Of a stretch of DNA of 64,000 bases, positions 46,344 to 55,784 are shown one piece after another (position 1 is the stretch's first letter; each line of letters starts with the position of its first letter). The position numbers and the translations under genes were made by a program. A model generated the notes under the pieces. That model searched no databases, was not told the origin of the DNA, and worked only from the letters and a program-made list of their open reading frames with translations. The stretch is from Candidatus Hermodarchaeota archaeon (lineage in GTDB: Archaea; Asgardarchaeota; Hermodarchaeia; Hermodarchaeales; Hermodarchaeaceae), in contig JAEOTB010000010.1 in the NCBI GenBank assembly GCA_016840065.1, forward strand, positions 12,342 to 76,341, written 5' to 3'.

Positions 46344-47162
46344 TTACCTACTAGCCTCCGTTCCAGAAGATCGCACCAGTTCTGCTAGATGACGTTTTTC
46401 AACTTGATACTCCTGTTCTTTGACCTGTTTCAGGAATTCCACAGCTAGTACTTGTCCATTCTGAATCACTATTCTAGGAGTGTAACCCTGCGCGAAGAGG
46501 ACACCTTCAGGTAAGCTATCTATCCGTTGTAGTCGATGGGTTACTGTTCTCTTTCCTAAAACAGATGTTGCTTCTTCTGTAATAGCAAAGGCGTCAAATC
46601 CTACTAGTACAAATTCCCTCCGAAAGCCAGGAACGGGCTCTAGCTGTTTTACTTGTTCGATGATTTCCTCACTTGTATGAGGAACCTGAACCGTTTTTTG
46701 TCTTGAAGTTTGTGTTGCTGTCCTAGCTGCTACAACGCTACTATAATCAGGACTAGGCTTTGGAGTCGCAGCTGGTTTCGGTTTTGCTACTGGCTTCGGA
46801 GTTGTATCTGACGGCGGTGTGAAGGGAGTTTCTGAGGGTTTTGAGGCCGCATCGTCGGGACGTGAGGTAGGCGCTTGACCCATGGCTTGAAGAAACTCCT
46901 CATCCTCTTCTCCCGCATCTTCTGACACAATCTTATAAGCCAGCCCTCTACCACCACGAATACCCTGTGCAGACCGGGCGGCAATGAATTTCTTCCGGAC
47001 AGGCGCATCAGCACCTTTCCAAATCCAGATACGCTTCAGCTCATCATCAATGACGATAAGGACTTGATCTACTTTCATATGAGAGCTAGCAGGTTCATCA
47101 CCAGTAATCTGATCGACTTCGCCCGTATCTCTAACACTAAGCAATACCAAATTGTCGGCCAA
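46344..47162 (-). CDS. Gelsolin-domain protein with a Pro/Thr/Lys-rich linker and an unknown C-terminal domain
   Basis: VLIVIDDELKRIWIWKGADAPVRKKFIAARSAQGIRGGRGLAYKIVSEDAGEEDEEFLQAMG fits the gelsolin-repeat pattern (D.FILD.g..IyvW.G..s...Ek.kA...A..i.........v.eg.Ep.eF...f). TTG start. Confidence 0.7.
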   Translation of the reverse strand: MADNLVLLSVRDTGEVDQITGDEPASSHMKVDQVLIVIDDELKRIWIWKGADAPVRKKFIAARSAQGIRGGRGLAYKIVSEDAGEEDEEFLQAMGQAPTSRPDDAASKPSETPFTPPSDTTPKPVAKPKPAATPKPSPDYSSVVAARTATQTSRQKTVQVPHTSEEIIEQVKQLEPVPGFRREFVLVGFDAFAITEEATSVLGKRTVTHRLQRIDSLPEGVLFAQGYTPRIVIQNGQVLAVEFLKQVKEQEYQVEKRHLAELVRSSGTEASR

Positions 47163-47341
47163 CAGAAGTTCAGCTCCAGCTCAATAGTTTACCTTTTGTA
47201 TTAATAATATAAAGCGTTTATCTACCAACAGCCAAGATATTACAGTAACCAATAACTCGTACAAAGAAAACTTTTTGTGTTCACACCTCTTAGAAGGCGT
47301 AGCGAATTTAAACATCTATCTATTGATTAGGAGAGCATAAT

Positions 47342-47977
47342 ATGCGTCTAATTCTTCTTGGTGGAATGACTACGGGCATCGCCCTAACTTTACTTGGGAT
47401 AGCGATATTTCTTGACCCAAGTATCGCCTTTCTTGCCTATCTCGGTTGCGTGGTTTGCACAGGGATAGTTGTTGCTTGTGCAGTGGTGAATAGCTTAACG
47501 ACCTGGCCTGGGTTTGTACACCCTGATGACAGGCTCTGGTCAAACATCCTAGCCTACCTCCTCACCCTCTTTTCAATTCTTACTCTTGGCCGCTTCCTTA
47601 AAGAAGACATACGTGCTGATTGGTGGTTCACTTTACTGTTCAACATTGGTACATTACTCCTGTTGGCTCTGATTTTAGTCCTAAGCCTTATTGGTTTAAG
47701 TGGCAGATTTCGACCGAAGGGTCTCACAGAGAAAGAAAAAGCCAAGGACCGTTCCAAGGAGGTTGCGTCTCGTCTAATCCTCTTTGCACTACTCGTCGGT
47801 GCAGTTATGGCAGCTGGCCAAACAGGCCTAATACTTCTATGGGATTACTTCTATACAACGTACGGTTCGCCCCTTAGTTACTACTATATCTCAGTCACTA
47901 TTGGAAGTCTAACGACTCTAATCCTGTTCAGTCTAGGGATTGTACTACGCGCAAAATACGAAGCGGTTCGAACATAG
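47342..47977 (+). CDS. Hypothetical integral membrane protein (about 6 TM helices)
   Basis: 211-aa ORF dominated by hydrophobic helices, with an ATG start. Confidence 0.5.
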   Translation: MRLILLGGMTTGIALTLLGIAIFLDPSIAFLAYLGCVVCTGIVVACAVVNSLTTWPGFVHPDDRLWSNILAYLLTLFSILTLGRFLKEDIRADWWFTLLFNIGTLLLLALILVLSLIGLSGRFRPKGLTEKEKAKDRSKEVASRLILFALLVGAVMAAGQTGLILLWDYFYTTYGSPLSYYYISVTIGSLTTLILFSLGIVLRAKYEAVRT

Positions 47978-48047
47978 TAATCACTGAATAATTTAGCTCT
48001 GTACAAAGAATGAAGTGGGTTAGCATACAGCAAACTCGCTTCACTTT

Positions 48048-50387
48048 CTAATATCGGAGGAACGGTTTACCTTTGACAATACGGCTAATAATCGAGTTAA
48101 TTTTCGCTCGCTTTACAAGGTCTTCAAAGCGCCGTTTAATATGTAGCATATTCACCTTCTCAGGTTTCACACGAAGTTTCTTGGCTAGTGCTATGAAGAG
48201 GCGCTCGAAATCATAGATTAGAAGCCTCTTCTCCTCCTCACCTTCACCGACGGCGAGTCCCTGCTCAATGGCAACACGCAGCTCGTTTATGTAGTACACC
48301 TTCGCCTTTTCAAAGCTCATTTCCTTTTCTTTTATTAGCTCCTGTAAGAAGGGGAGGCCAAATTTTGACCGGGCTATCTTCTCAAGACGCGCTAAGAGGG
48401 CGTTTAGAACGTCATCATGCGACAACTGATCGTAGTCTTCAAGCTTGGTCGGAATCTGTCTGACAAGTTCCTGATCTTCAGTCAATGAACCAGAAAGTGG
48501 TACAGGCTCTGTAGTTATCGTGGTCTGTGTCTTCGGTTTTGGTGTAGTTCTTGTTTTTGGTTTGGTCCTAGTTCTTGTTTTTGGTTTGGTCCTAGTTCTT
48601 GTTCTAGTTCTGGTCTTTGGTGTGGTTTCGGTCTCTACTGTTGGCTCTGGAACTGTAATCTTTACTGTCGGCTTTGGCGTAGTGATTTCTACCGTTTTTT
48701 GTGGTAGGATTTCTACTGTTGGTTCTTGTGTTGTAATCCTTATTGTCGGCTTTGGCGTAGTGATTTCTGTAGTTGTTGGCTCGATAGCCGCATGGCTTGG
48801 TCTTGGTGCTGCCGGTTCTTGAGTTGGCTTTGGTACACCAGCATCACGGGCCCCTCTTGGTTTTGGCTCGATAGTTTCATGTGCAACATCAGGTACAGGG
48901 GCATCAGTAACTGTCGTCGGTGGGGGAGTTACAGGGTCTTGTTTTGGTATCGCTTTTGGAGTCTTGAACTGTCGCTTAGCGGTAACCTTTGGAATCTTGG
49001 TCTTTGGTTGTTGTTCAGTTGCTGAAGGAGTTTTAGGCACTTGCTCCGTTTTTCCTTTCAACTGTGGTCTAGGTGTAGGATCCATATCGAAGCTCAGAAT
49101 TTTCTTACCTTGTGCAAGTCGTTGGACATCATCTTCAGTCAAGGTAAGATGCTGAGTAAGGAGCCACCGGGTTCTGACGCGAATCATGTTATTCGGTAAA
49201 GTAGGATTAACAACAAGGAACCTAGCGAGCGTTAAACGAGAAATCTCGTCGATGAGAGGTGTTTGGTTCTGCTCACCAATAGATTGGTCCAGCAGATGCT
49301 GAATCGTCTTTTGTGATTGCGGCGAAATAATGCGACCTAGTCCTAGAGTATTGAATTGATCAAAAGCCTTGTAATCGAGATCCCTAGGAGACTGAGTGGC
49401 CACCATACAGATAATACCATACTTTCGGGCTTGACGGAAAAGCATCAGAAATGTATCCTTAGGACCTGGCTTAAGGGTACCTGCTGGCACAAAAGGCGCA
49501 ATCTCGTCTGTGAAGAAGATTAGCCTCGGTGTTTTCGATGATCCTTGCTGAAGCATCCAAGAATACATCTGACTTAGGAGGATGGAAATGAAGAACATCT
49601 TCTCCTCCTCGCTCCTTAGTGTTTTCAAGAAGAAGATGTTTAGCGGAGTTTTTCCATCTACTTTCTCAATAACTCTTGAGAAGTCGATGGGTTCACCAGT
49701 GCTGAAGAGGAGTTGAGAGGTTCCTATCGTTAAGCTGCGTATCGCATGGCTCAAGCGCACCCGCTCAGCTGGTTTCATGTACTTATCTAAAGGGATTCCC
49801 AGCTCCTCTGGTGTGAGGGCAACCAAATCAGCTAGCTCGGATAAGTTGCTTATTTCACGCTTTCTGTCCCAGAAGAACTTCAATATCTCAAAGATAACCG
49901 CAAAGGCTCGGCTCTCATGAGTTCCTGGCAGTCCTGCGGTTTTAATTAACACTCGAACGAGTGTACGTGACGAGTTATCTATAATCCGAATTACGTCCTC
50001 TGGGTCAGCCTTGCGACTGGGCAAGACAAGTGGGTTAACTGAGATGCGAGAGCCCTTTGAGCTAGCTGGGGTGAAAATTCGAACCGCGACTTTCTCCTTG
50101 AATTCCTCTTGCAGCTCCCGGCTTATACCATTTCTTTCTAGCTCCTCGGGATTACCTGGCATGGCTAGACTCGCAAGGTCTCCCTGTGGATCAAGAGCAA
50201 TAATAGGGATTCCATGACGCGCCGCCTCCTCGAGAATAATCTTACAGAAGACGGTTTTACCTGAACCTGTCGTTCCAAACGTTCCAAGATGACGCCTAAG
50301 CATATTAGCATCGAGATGGACAAGTTTGTCAGTGATTTCCCCGTCTGCAGTAAATTCATAGCCAATCCAGAACTTCATCATACACAC
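48048..50387 (-). CDS. HerA/DUF853 (YjgR)-like P-loop ATPase with a long low-complexity linker and a helical C-terminal domain
   Basis: Walker A GTFGTTGSGKT followed by IIALDPQGDL, Walker B-like LIFFTDE. Next comes a roughly 200-aa Thr/Pro/Lys-rich segment, then a roughly 150-aa helical domain. Confidence 0.75.
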   Translation of the reverse strand: MCMMKFWIGYEFTADGEITDKLVHLDANMLRRHLGTFGTTGSGKTVFCKIILEEAARHGIPIIALDPQGDLASLAMPGNPEELERNGISRELQEEFKEKVAVRIFTPASSKGSRISVNPLVLPSRKADPEDVIRIIDNSSRTLVRVLIKTAGLPGTHESRAFAVIFEILKFFWDRKREISNLSELADLVALTPEELGIPLDKYMKPAERVRLSHAIRSLTIGTSQLLFSTGEPIDFSRVIEKVDGKTPLNIFFLKTLRSEEEKMFFISILLSQMYSWMLQQGSSKTPRLIFFTDEIAPFVPAGTLKPGPKDTFLMLFRQARKYGIICMVATQSPRDLDYKAFDQFNTLGLGRIISPQSQKTIQHLLDQSIGEQNQTPLIDEISRLTLARFLVVNPTLPNNMIRVRTRWLLTQHLTLTEDDVQRLAQGKKILSFDMDPTPRPQLKGKTEQVPKTPSATEQQPKTKIPKVTAKRQFKTPKAIPKQDPVTPPPTTVTDAPVPDVAHETIEPKPRGARDAGVPKPTQEPAAPRPSHAAIEPTTTEITTPKPTIRITTQEPTVEILPQKTVEITTPKPTVKITVPEPTVETETTPKTRTRTRTRTKPKTRTRTKPKTRTTPKPKTQTTITTEPVPLSGSLTEDQELVRQIPTKLEDYDQLSHDDVLNALLARLEKIARSKFGLPFLQELIKEKEMSFEKAKVYYINELRVAIEQGLAVGEGEEEKRLLIYDFERLFIALAKKLRVKPEKVNMLHIKRRFEDLVKRAKINSIISRIVKGKPFLRY
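48520..48830. repeat. In-frame tandem repeats encoding TRTKPK and TTPKPT(I/V)(R/K)IT units
   Basis: An identical 24-nt unit occurs at 48545-48568 and 48569-48592. The 25-nt block tgtcggctttggcgtagtgatttct recurs at 48666-48690 and 48744-48768, a 78-nt period. Confidence 0.85.
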
Positions 50388-50539
50388 TTCAATGCCTTGA
50401 GGAATTCCTCTCGATTAGTTACGTCCTCTTTTGTGATAATTCTATTCAAAGGCTTTAAACTATCGGTTTGCAAGAGCTAGCAATTATCGAAGTTCATCTA
50501 TTTCGCAGATACCATTTTTCTTTTAGAATTGGTGTTCTG

Positions 50540-51928
50540 CTAACTTTTTCGCATATGAAGTGGCGTGATAAACTTGAGTGGGGCTGCCTCTATGGGCTTC
50601 AAGTATTTCTGCAGAACCTTTGGAATAAGGATTCGACCATCAGGCTGAAGATTATTCTCAAGCACTGCTGTAATAGCACGAGTAGTCGCAATCACGGTTG
50701 AATTCAATGTGTGTACGAAGCCCTTTGTGGGGTGTCCACGCTTTTCTGCATACCTGATATCGAGCCGTGCGGACTGATAGTCAGTGCAGTTACTACAAGA
50801 AACCATCTCCCGATACTTGCCCTGGGATGGCATCCACACTTCCATATCATAGGTCTTTGCAGATACTTGTCCAAGGTCGCCACCACACATGTTCACAATC
50901 CTAAAAGGAAGACCAAGAGGCTCCCAAACCTCTTCAACAACCTGGATCATTTTTTCAATCCATTCCCAAGAATCATCAGGATGACAGAACACAAACTGCT
51001 CAACCTTGGAAAATTGGTGAACACGAAAGATTCCTTTTGTATCCTTACCATGAGCTCCAGCTTCCTTTCTATAGCAGGGGCTATATCCTGCAAGAAGTAG
51101 GGGCAGCTCATCAATCTCAAGGACTTCGCGCATGTATCGTGCAGCAATTGGGTGCTCAGAGGTCGCAATCAGGTATAAATCGCGGTCTTCTAGTTTGTAA
51201 AGAGCATCTTCAAAGGCACCTATGTCTGTAACTCCGCTGTATGCATCATGATTCAATAAGTGAGGAGGTAAAACAGGAGTGAAACCTCGGCGCGTGATTT
51301 CGTCTAGTGCATATAGGCCAAGAGCTTGATTCAACCAAAATATATGATCAAGTAAGAAGTAGTACCTCGCACCTGTTGTCTTTGCAGCTCGTTCAGTGTC
51401 AATAAGACCGGTCTGCTCAGAGATATCATAGTGGCTCAACGGCTGCTCTTCTGTAACGATACACTTCACTGAGAGTCCTTGAGCATCAGCTAGAAATTGA
51501 TCGTGGTGTTCTCGCCAAACCAGTGGTTTACCGATATACTTGACTGGGCGGTTCTCTGTATCATCCTTTCCCTCAGGAACACTTTCATGTGCAATGTTTG
51601 GGATACTACGAAGTACAGCTGTTCTCTGCTTGTCAATCTTCTCGACCCGTCGTTCTTCTTTAGAAACCTTCTCAGAAAGAAGTTTAGTCTCTCGGATTAA
51701 TCGTTGTTTTTCCTTGGGATCCTTAGTCTTTGCTATCTGTCTTGAAATCTCGTTTCGCTGCCGTTGGAGTTCACTGACTTTGACCCGAGTTTTACGCCAT
51801 TTAGCGTCAAGTCTAATCGCCTTGTCGACAACGCCTGGATCCAATCTCCGCAAGCGTTGAGACCAGCGAAGTCTCTCAGGGTCATTTCGAACTGCATCGA
51901 GAATGCTCCACATGCTCATTATCTTCAC
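50540..51928 (-). CDS. serS: Seryl-tRNA synthetase
   Basis: N-terminal coiled-coil arm and class II motifs (GYSPCYRKEAG, FRVHQFSKVEQF, TLNSTVIATTR). Confidence 0.95.
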   Translation of the reverse strand: MKIMSMWSILDAVRNDPERLRWSQRLRRLDPGVVDKAIRLDAKWRKTRVKVSELQRQRNEISRQIAKTKDPKEKQRLIRETKLLSEKVSKEERRVEKIDKQRTAVLRSIPNIAHESVPEGKDDTENRPVKYIGKPLVWREHHDQFLADAQGLSVKCIVTEEQPLSHYDISEQTGLIDTERAAKTTGARYYFLLDHIFWLNQALGLYALDEITRRGFTPVLPPHLLNHDAYSGVTDIGAFEDALYKLEDRDLYLIATSEHPIAARYMREVLEIDELPLLLAGYSPCYRKEAGAHGKDTKGIFRVHQFSKVEQFVFCHPDDSWEWIEKMIQVVEEVWEPLGLPFRIVNMCGGDLGQVSAKTYDMEVWMPSQGKYREMVSCSNCTDYQSARLDIRYAEKRGHPTKGFVHTLNSTVIATTRAITAVLENNLQPDGRILIPKVLQKYLKPIEAAPLKFITPLHMRKS

Positions 51929-52117
51929 CTTAAAGCACTCAAATCCCTTGACCCTAAAAGCATTCCTTTATGCTTCGTGCCTTCCCTCTTTTTGAGGGTA
52001 CAAGAATATCACATCTTTTCGGAATGCCAACTTGTCAAATGTCAGAGCCGTTATCTATCCAGTATCTAGTGTTTCTACACGAATACGGGTTTTGGCGATG
52101 GCAGCATAACTATAACG

Positions 52118-53344
52118 CTAAAACCATTTCTTTCGGCGCCCTATGACCACAAAGATAACAAGGAAAGCTACAACCACGACTCCACCAACGATTAGCCACG
52201 GGAATGGGGGTGGTTCAATGAAGATTATCTCTTCCAGCAGGTTCATTCGATTCAGCAGAGCAAGAGTGCTAACAGCCCAATGGGTTTGCAGAGCAAGACC
52301 GCTTCCTTCTGCCGAGTCAGCGAAACCGCCACCAACAGTCTGCTTGTTGATAATCCATGCGGCAGTGTCATCTACTTGAATCTGGTTTGTAGCACCAAGG
52401 ATTAGTAGTGTGCGAATGGCGTAGTACGTGGCAAGATGGGTTGAAACCATATCATCTGGGGTAGCACTATAGCCCCCAAGATAATCTGGGTAATTTGTAT
52501 TGTTTTGGTAAAGGGACGAGACAAACTGGATTGCTGCTGTTTGATTTATCGAGCCGAGTCCATCAACGATTTCTAAACTGCGAACGGCCATAAACGTGGA
52601 TTGAATGTCTGATACAGTGCCATTCGGGCTGTTTAAGAAACCGCCATAGCTTGGCGAGTTGGTGGGTGATAGCACCTGACAAGAGTTCAGCCAAGGAACG
52701 ACTAAGCTCGCATTGATTTCGCCAATGTAAGGTGCATAGATAGTATCATTACCGAAGAGTTCCAGAGCGTAATAGGTTGCTGCTACGGTAGCGTTTCCGT
52801 CAATTGTGTCAGCAAACCCACCATAGGTTATTGGGTATTCGGTTTCGTTCAGCCTCTGATGACGTGCGGTGAAGTTGACGACAATATTGTAGTCAACGGC
52901 AAAGGTTTCATCGAGCTGGTGCAATATCAGGATGGCATAATGGGTTGCAGTCAAGGAGGCATTCTCGGCTCCTTCAGTCAGATAGAACCCGCCATAATCA
53001 GTATTATTCGCCACATTAGTGTCGTTCCAGAAATCCTGCACCCAACTACTCATGTTTGCTGGTATGTTCCAGTCAGGGTGAGTGTCGTTTGCGGTAGCCC
53101 AACCATCAAGTGTTTCAAGAATACTTACTACTGCATAAGTAGCGGAAAAGGTCGGAGATTCCGCATCAGGATAGAGTAGTGCACCACCAGACTCGTGTAA
53201 ACAAGAAGCTGTGAATGAAACTACACGAGTCTGTCGTGTCTCTGCTCCTGCCACTGTTGCAGGACTTAGGCATATCAGAAAGATGAGGCTAAAGAAAAGG
53301 ACTCCAAAGATCTGTTTACGCAACCGGCTTTTCCTCCGTTTCAT
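52118..53344 (-). CDS. Secreted, C-terminally membrane-anchored protein with prenyltransferase/terpene-cyclase-like alpha-alpha repeats
   Basis: Signal peptide (KQIFGVLFFSLIFLICLSPATVAGA) and C-terminal TM plus RRKKWF. Repeated YGGF/GGY motifs (GGFYLTEG, GGFADTIDG, GGFLNSPNG, GGYSATPDD, GGFADSAEG). More than ten N-x-S/T sequons by eye. Confidence 0.6.
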   Translation of the reverse strand: MKRRKSRLRKQIFGVLFFSLIFLICLSPATVAGAETRQTRVVSFTASCLHESGGALLYPDAESPTFSATYAVVSILETLDGWATANDTHPDWNIPANMSSWVQDFWNDTNVANNTDYGGFYLTEGAENASLTATHYAILILHQLDETFAVDYNIVVNFTARHQRLNETEYPITYGGFADTIDGNATVAATYYALELFGNDTIYAPYIGEINASLVVPWLNSCQVLSPTNSPSYGGFLNSPNGTVSDIQSTFMAVRSLEIVDGLGSINQTAAIQFVSSLYQNNTNYPDYLGGYSATPDDMVSTHLATYYAIRTLLILGATNQIQVDDTAAWIINKQTVGGGFADSAEGSGLALQTHWAVSTLALLNRMNLLEEIIFIEPPPFPWLIVGGVVVVAFLVIFVVIGRRKKWF

Positions 53345-53408
53345 TACGGGCTTCCCGTTACTGGGCGAATTCCCTTAAAAGATTTCGTTCCAGTCAGTTC
53401 AAGGCACT

Positions 53409-54332
53409 TCAATCGGGCTTTACCGATAACCAATGAGTAACTGCAACCACAGCATCTCCACAGGCTGTGACAATCTGGCGAGGGCTGTCCGAGCGAACAT
53501 CGCCGACCGCGTATAACGCTGGAATATTGGTTCTTTGTTTTTGGTCGATTATAATGTGCCCCTTTTCGTCTGTTTTGACGCCAGCAGAGGAGGCAATATC
53601 GCTGTTGGGGCGAACACCCACTGCAATGAAGACACCATGGACTGGCTGGGTCCATTCCTTTCCTGTTCTTTTATTTCGAAGCTTGACCTCTGCGACCACT
53701 TTTTCTCCTAATACCTCGGTCATTATGGTGTCCCAGAGAATCTCTATCTTCTCGTGTTTCTTTAAGCGCTCAGCGTAAGTGTGTTCAGCGCGAAGCTTGT
53801 CCCTTCGGTGTACGAGATAAACCCTTTCTACGATGTTTGCTAGAAAGAGAGCTTCCATCGCAGCAGTATTCCCCCCACCAACAACTAGCACGGTTCTTCC
53901 TCTAAAGAGAGGACCATCACAAGTAGCACAGAAGCTTACGCCACGTCCATCCAATCGGTCCTCGCCAGGTACTCCGAGTCTCGCATGATGAGCTCCCATT
54001 GCTAGGACCATAGCTGGTGCGTGATATTCTTCACCATCAGCAGTGATAGCAACTTTGAGTTCTTCACTGAGGCGTAGCTTCTCGACTGCTGTTAATTCTT
54101 TAATTTCTGCTCCAGCTTTCAAAGTCTGTTCTTTCATTTTAGTAGCAAGGTCTGCGCCCATAATCGACTCGTAGCTAGGATAATTCTCTAACACCCACGC
54201 GTTTATCATCTGCCCGCCACAAATCCCTGATTCAATAATCGTTGTTCTGAGTCCCATGCGCGCAGCGTAGAGACCCGCAGTAAGTCCTCCAGGTCCTCCA
54301 CCAATTATGATGATATCCCTTTTGTGAGCCAT
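53409..54332 (-). CDS. trxB: Thioredoxin reductase
   Basis: IIIGGGPGGLTAG FAD motif, redox-active CATCDG, and VVGGGNTAMEA NADPH motif. Confidence 0.9.
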   Translation of the reverse strand: MAHKRDIIIIGGGPGGLTAGLYAARMGLRTTIIESGICGGQMINAWVLENYPSYESIMGADLATKMKEQTLKAGAEIKELTAVEKLRLSEELKVAITADGEEYHAPAMVLAMGAHHARLGVPGEDRLDGRGVSFCATCDGPLFRGRTVLVVGGGNTAAMEALFLANIVERVYLVHRRDKLRAEHTYAERLKKHEKIEILWDTIMTEVLGEKVVAEVKLRNKRTGKEWTQPVHGVFIAVGVRPNSDIASSAGVKTDEKGHIIIDQKQRTNIPALYAVGDVRSDSPRQIVTACGDAVVAVTHWLSVKPD

Positions 54333-54424
54333 TGTTCAATCACTGCTGGAAAGTGTCTTCTAAAGGCTTTTTCAGCGTTTTGCTTCTCTGTATACACACC
54401 AAACCCGAAAACTAGTGCTAGTAT

Positions 54425-55042
54425 CTACTTGAACTCGAATAACTCTCCGCGTGCTAGAGCTTCGAGTCTCTCTGCTCCCTCTCGGTAGCCCCCTGCGTAG
54501 ATGATGTCACCTGGCTGAAGCTCAAATTGGTCCTCAGGATAATAGATCCAGCGGTCCTTTCGCTTTACTGCCAATATTCGCGCGCCATGATTTTCTAGTC
54601 GGAGTTGTGATAGCCGTTTATGCGCTAGCTCCGACTTCGCCGAAACCACTTCTCGGCTAACGCGTTCATCAGCTTCCTTCAAAGCTATTTGCATTACTGG
54701 GTGAACATCTACTCCGCGAAGCACAATTTCAGCTATTTGAGCGGCGGCATCCGCAAGATTCTCCGATGCCACACCTAAACGGATTAATCCTAGGCGTCCC
54801 TTCTCTTCCCCCTTACCTAGCTTCATCCGTAAAACCTCTAGCTCGAATTCTGTGTGGAAAGCATCGAATGCTTCCTCCAATTCGAAGATATCTTGAGCCA
54901 TATCCTTGTTATTTGTCAGGAGTGCCGTGTAAGCTAGATTGATTAGGAGTTCTGAAGTGTCCTTCATCTGAATCAGCATATCGAGGATACGCTGCTCCGC
55001 CTTCGGCTGTTTACTCGGTTTAAGCAATCTCTTCAAGCTCAC
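54425..55042 (-). CDS. PhoU-like plus TrkA-C (RCK_C) domain protein
   Basis: N-terminal PhoU-like helical repeats and a C-terminal TrkA-C pattern (LSQLRLENHGARILAVKRKDRWIYYPEDQFELQPGDIIYAGG). Confidence 0.7.
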   Translation of the reverse strand: MSLKRLLKPSKQPKAEQRILDMLIQMKDTSELLINLAYTALLTNNKDMAQDIFELEEAFDAFHTEFELEVLRMKLGKGEEKGRLGLIRLGVASENLADAAAQIAEIVLRGVDVHPVMQIALKEADERVSREVVSAKSELAHKRLSQLRLENHGARILAVKRKDRWIYYPEDQFELQPGDIIYAGGYREGAERLEALARGELFEFK

Positions 55043-55631
55043 CGGTAGCTAACCTCTGTAATTTTTCTATACTTTCACTAGCTCCTCGGACTATGACTCG
55101 GTCTCCTTTTTGAAGCTGCCATGAGTCGGGAGGGTTTATCGTCCACTTGACCTTGCGCTTGATTGCGATGATGTCACAACCAATCTCTTCTTCGAGGTTA
55201 ATCTCAGCTAGTGTCTTGGCAACTAGTATGGATTTACTTCGAATTACCGCGCGTCCAACTATTTCCTCTGCTTGATTGATAGCCTGTTGAAGAATTTTGG
55301 GAATACCAATATTCCGAACGACGAGTCCCGCTATATCTGCAGCTGCATCACTAATCTTGTTTGCAGAAGAGGCGGCTTTCATAATTCCAGCTATCTGTTC
55401 AGCGTCATCCTTGTCACGAACCGCTAGAGATGCATTCATTAGAAGTAAATAGCTCAGATAATCTACCCGCTTCTCTAGCCCCATAACTTCCTCAGCCAGG
55501 TCCCCGTCATTAAACAAGACACACGAATAAGCGAGATCTATCATCAACTCGCTCAGATTCTTCATTTCAATGATTAGGTTTCTAACCGGGATGGGTTGAT
55601 ATTCAATTTCTCGAAGTTCGTCCTCTAGCAT
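55020..55631 (-). CDS. PhoU-like plus TrkA-C (RCK_C) domain protein, tandem paralog
   Basis: Same architecture as the downstream gene (LAEINLEEEIGCDIIAIKRKVKWTINPPDSWQLQKGDRVIVRG). It overlaps that gene by 23 nt. Confidence 0.7.
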   Translation of the reverse strand: MLEDELREIEYQPIPVRNLIIEMKNLSELMIDLAYSCVLFNDGDLAEEVMGLEKRVDYLSYLLLMNASLAVRDKDDAEQIAGIMKAASSANKISDAAADIAGLVVRNIGIPKILQQAINQAEEIVGRAVIRSKSILVAKTLAEINLEEEIGCDIIAIKRKVKWTINPPDSWQLQKGDRVIVRGASESIEKLQRLATGELEEIA

Positions 55632-55784
55632 TAAGGCCCACAGACTCCAAACATTGCGGAAACTGGGTTCGTGTCACAACTTTTCCACTCTTATTTACTT
55701 GTATCTAGTTTTTCAATTTTTCTGGTAAGGCAATTATTTTTGTAGAGTAGTGAAACATGCTACCACAAATTGGTGAGCCGCTGA

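Noticed and set aside
48520-48830. Tandem repeats considered as a CRISPR-like or non-coding satellite array
   Set aside because: The repeats are contiguous without spacers and lie in-frame inside a long ORF, encoding Thr/Pro/Lys-rich peptide repeats.
53344-53655. 103-aa alternative-frame ORF overlapping the 3' part of trxB
   Set aside because: It is Cys/Arg-rich with no motif, and lies within a gene whose frame is fixed by FAD/NADPH and CATC motifs.
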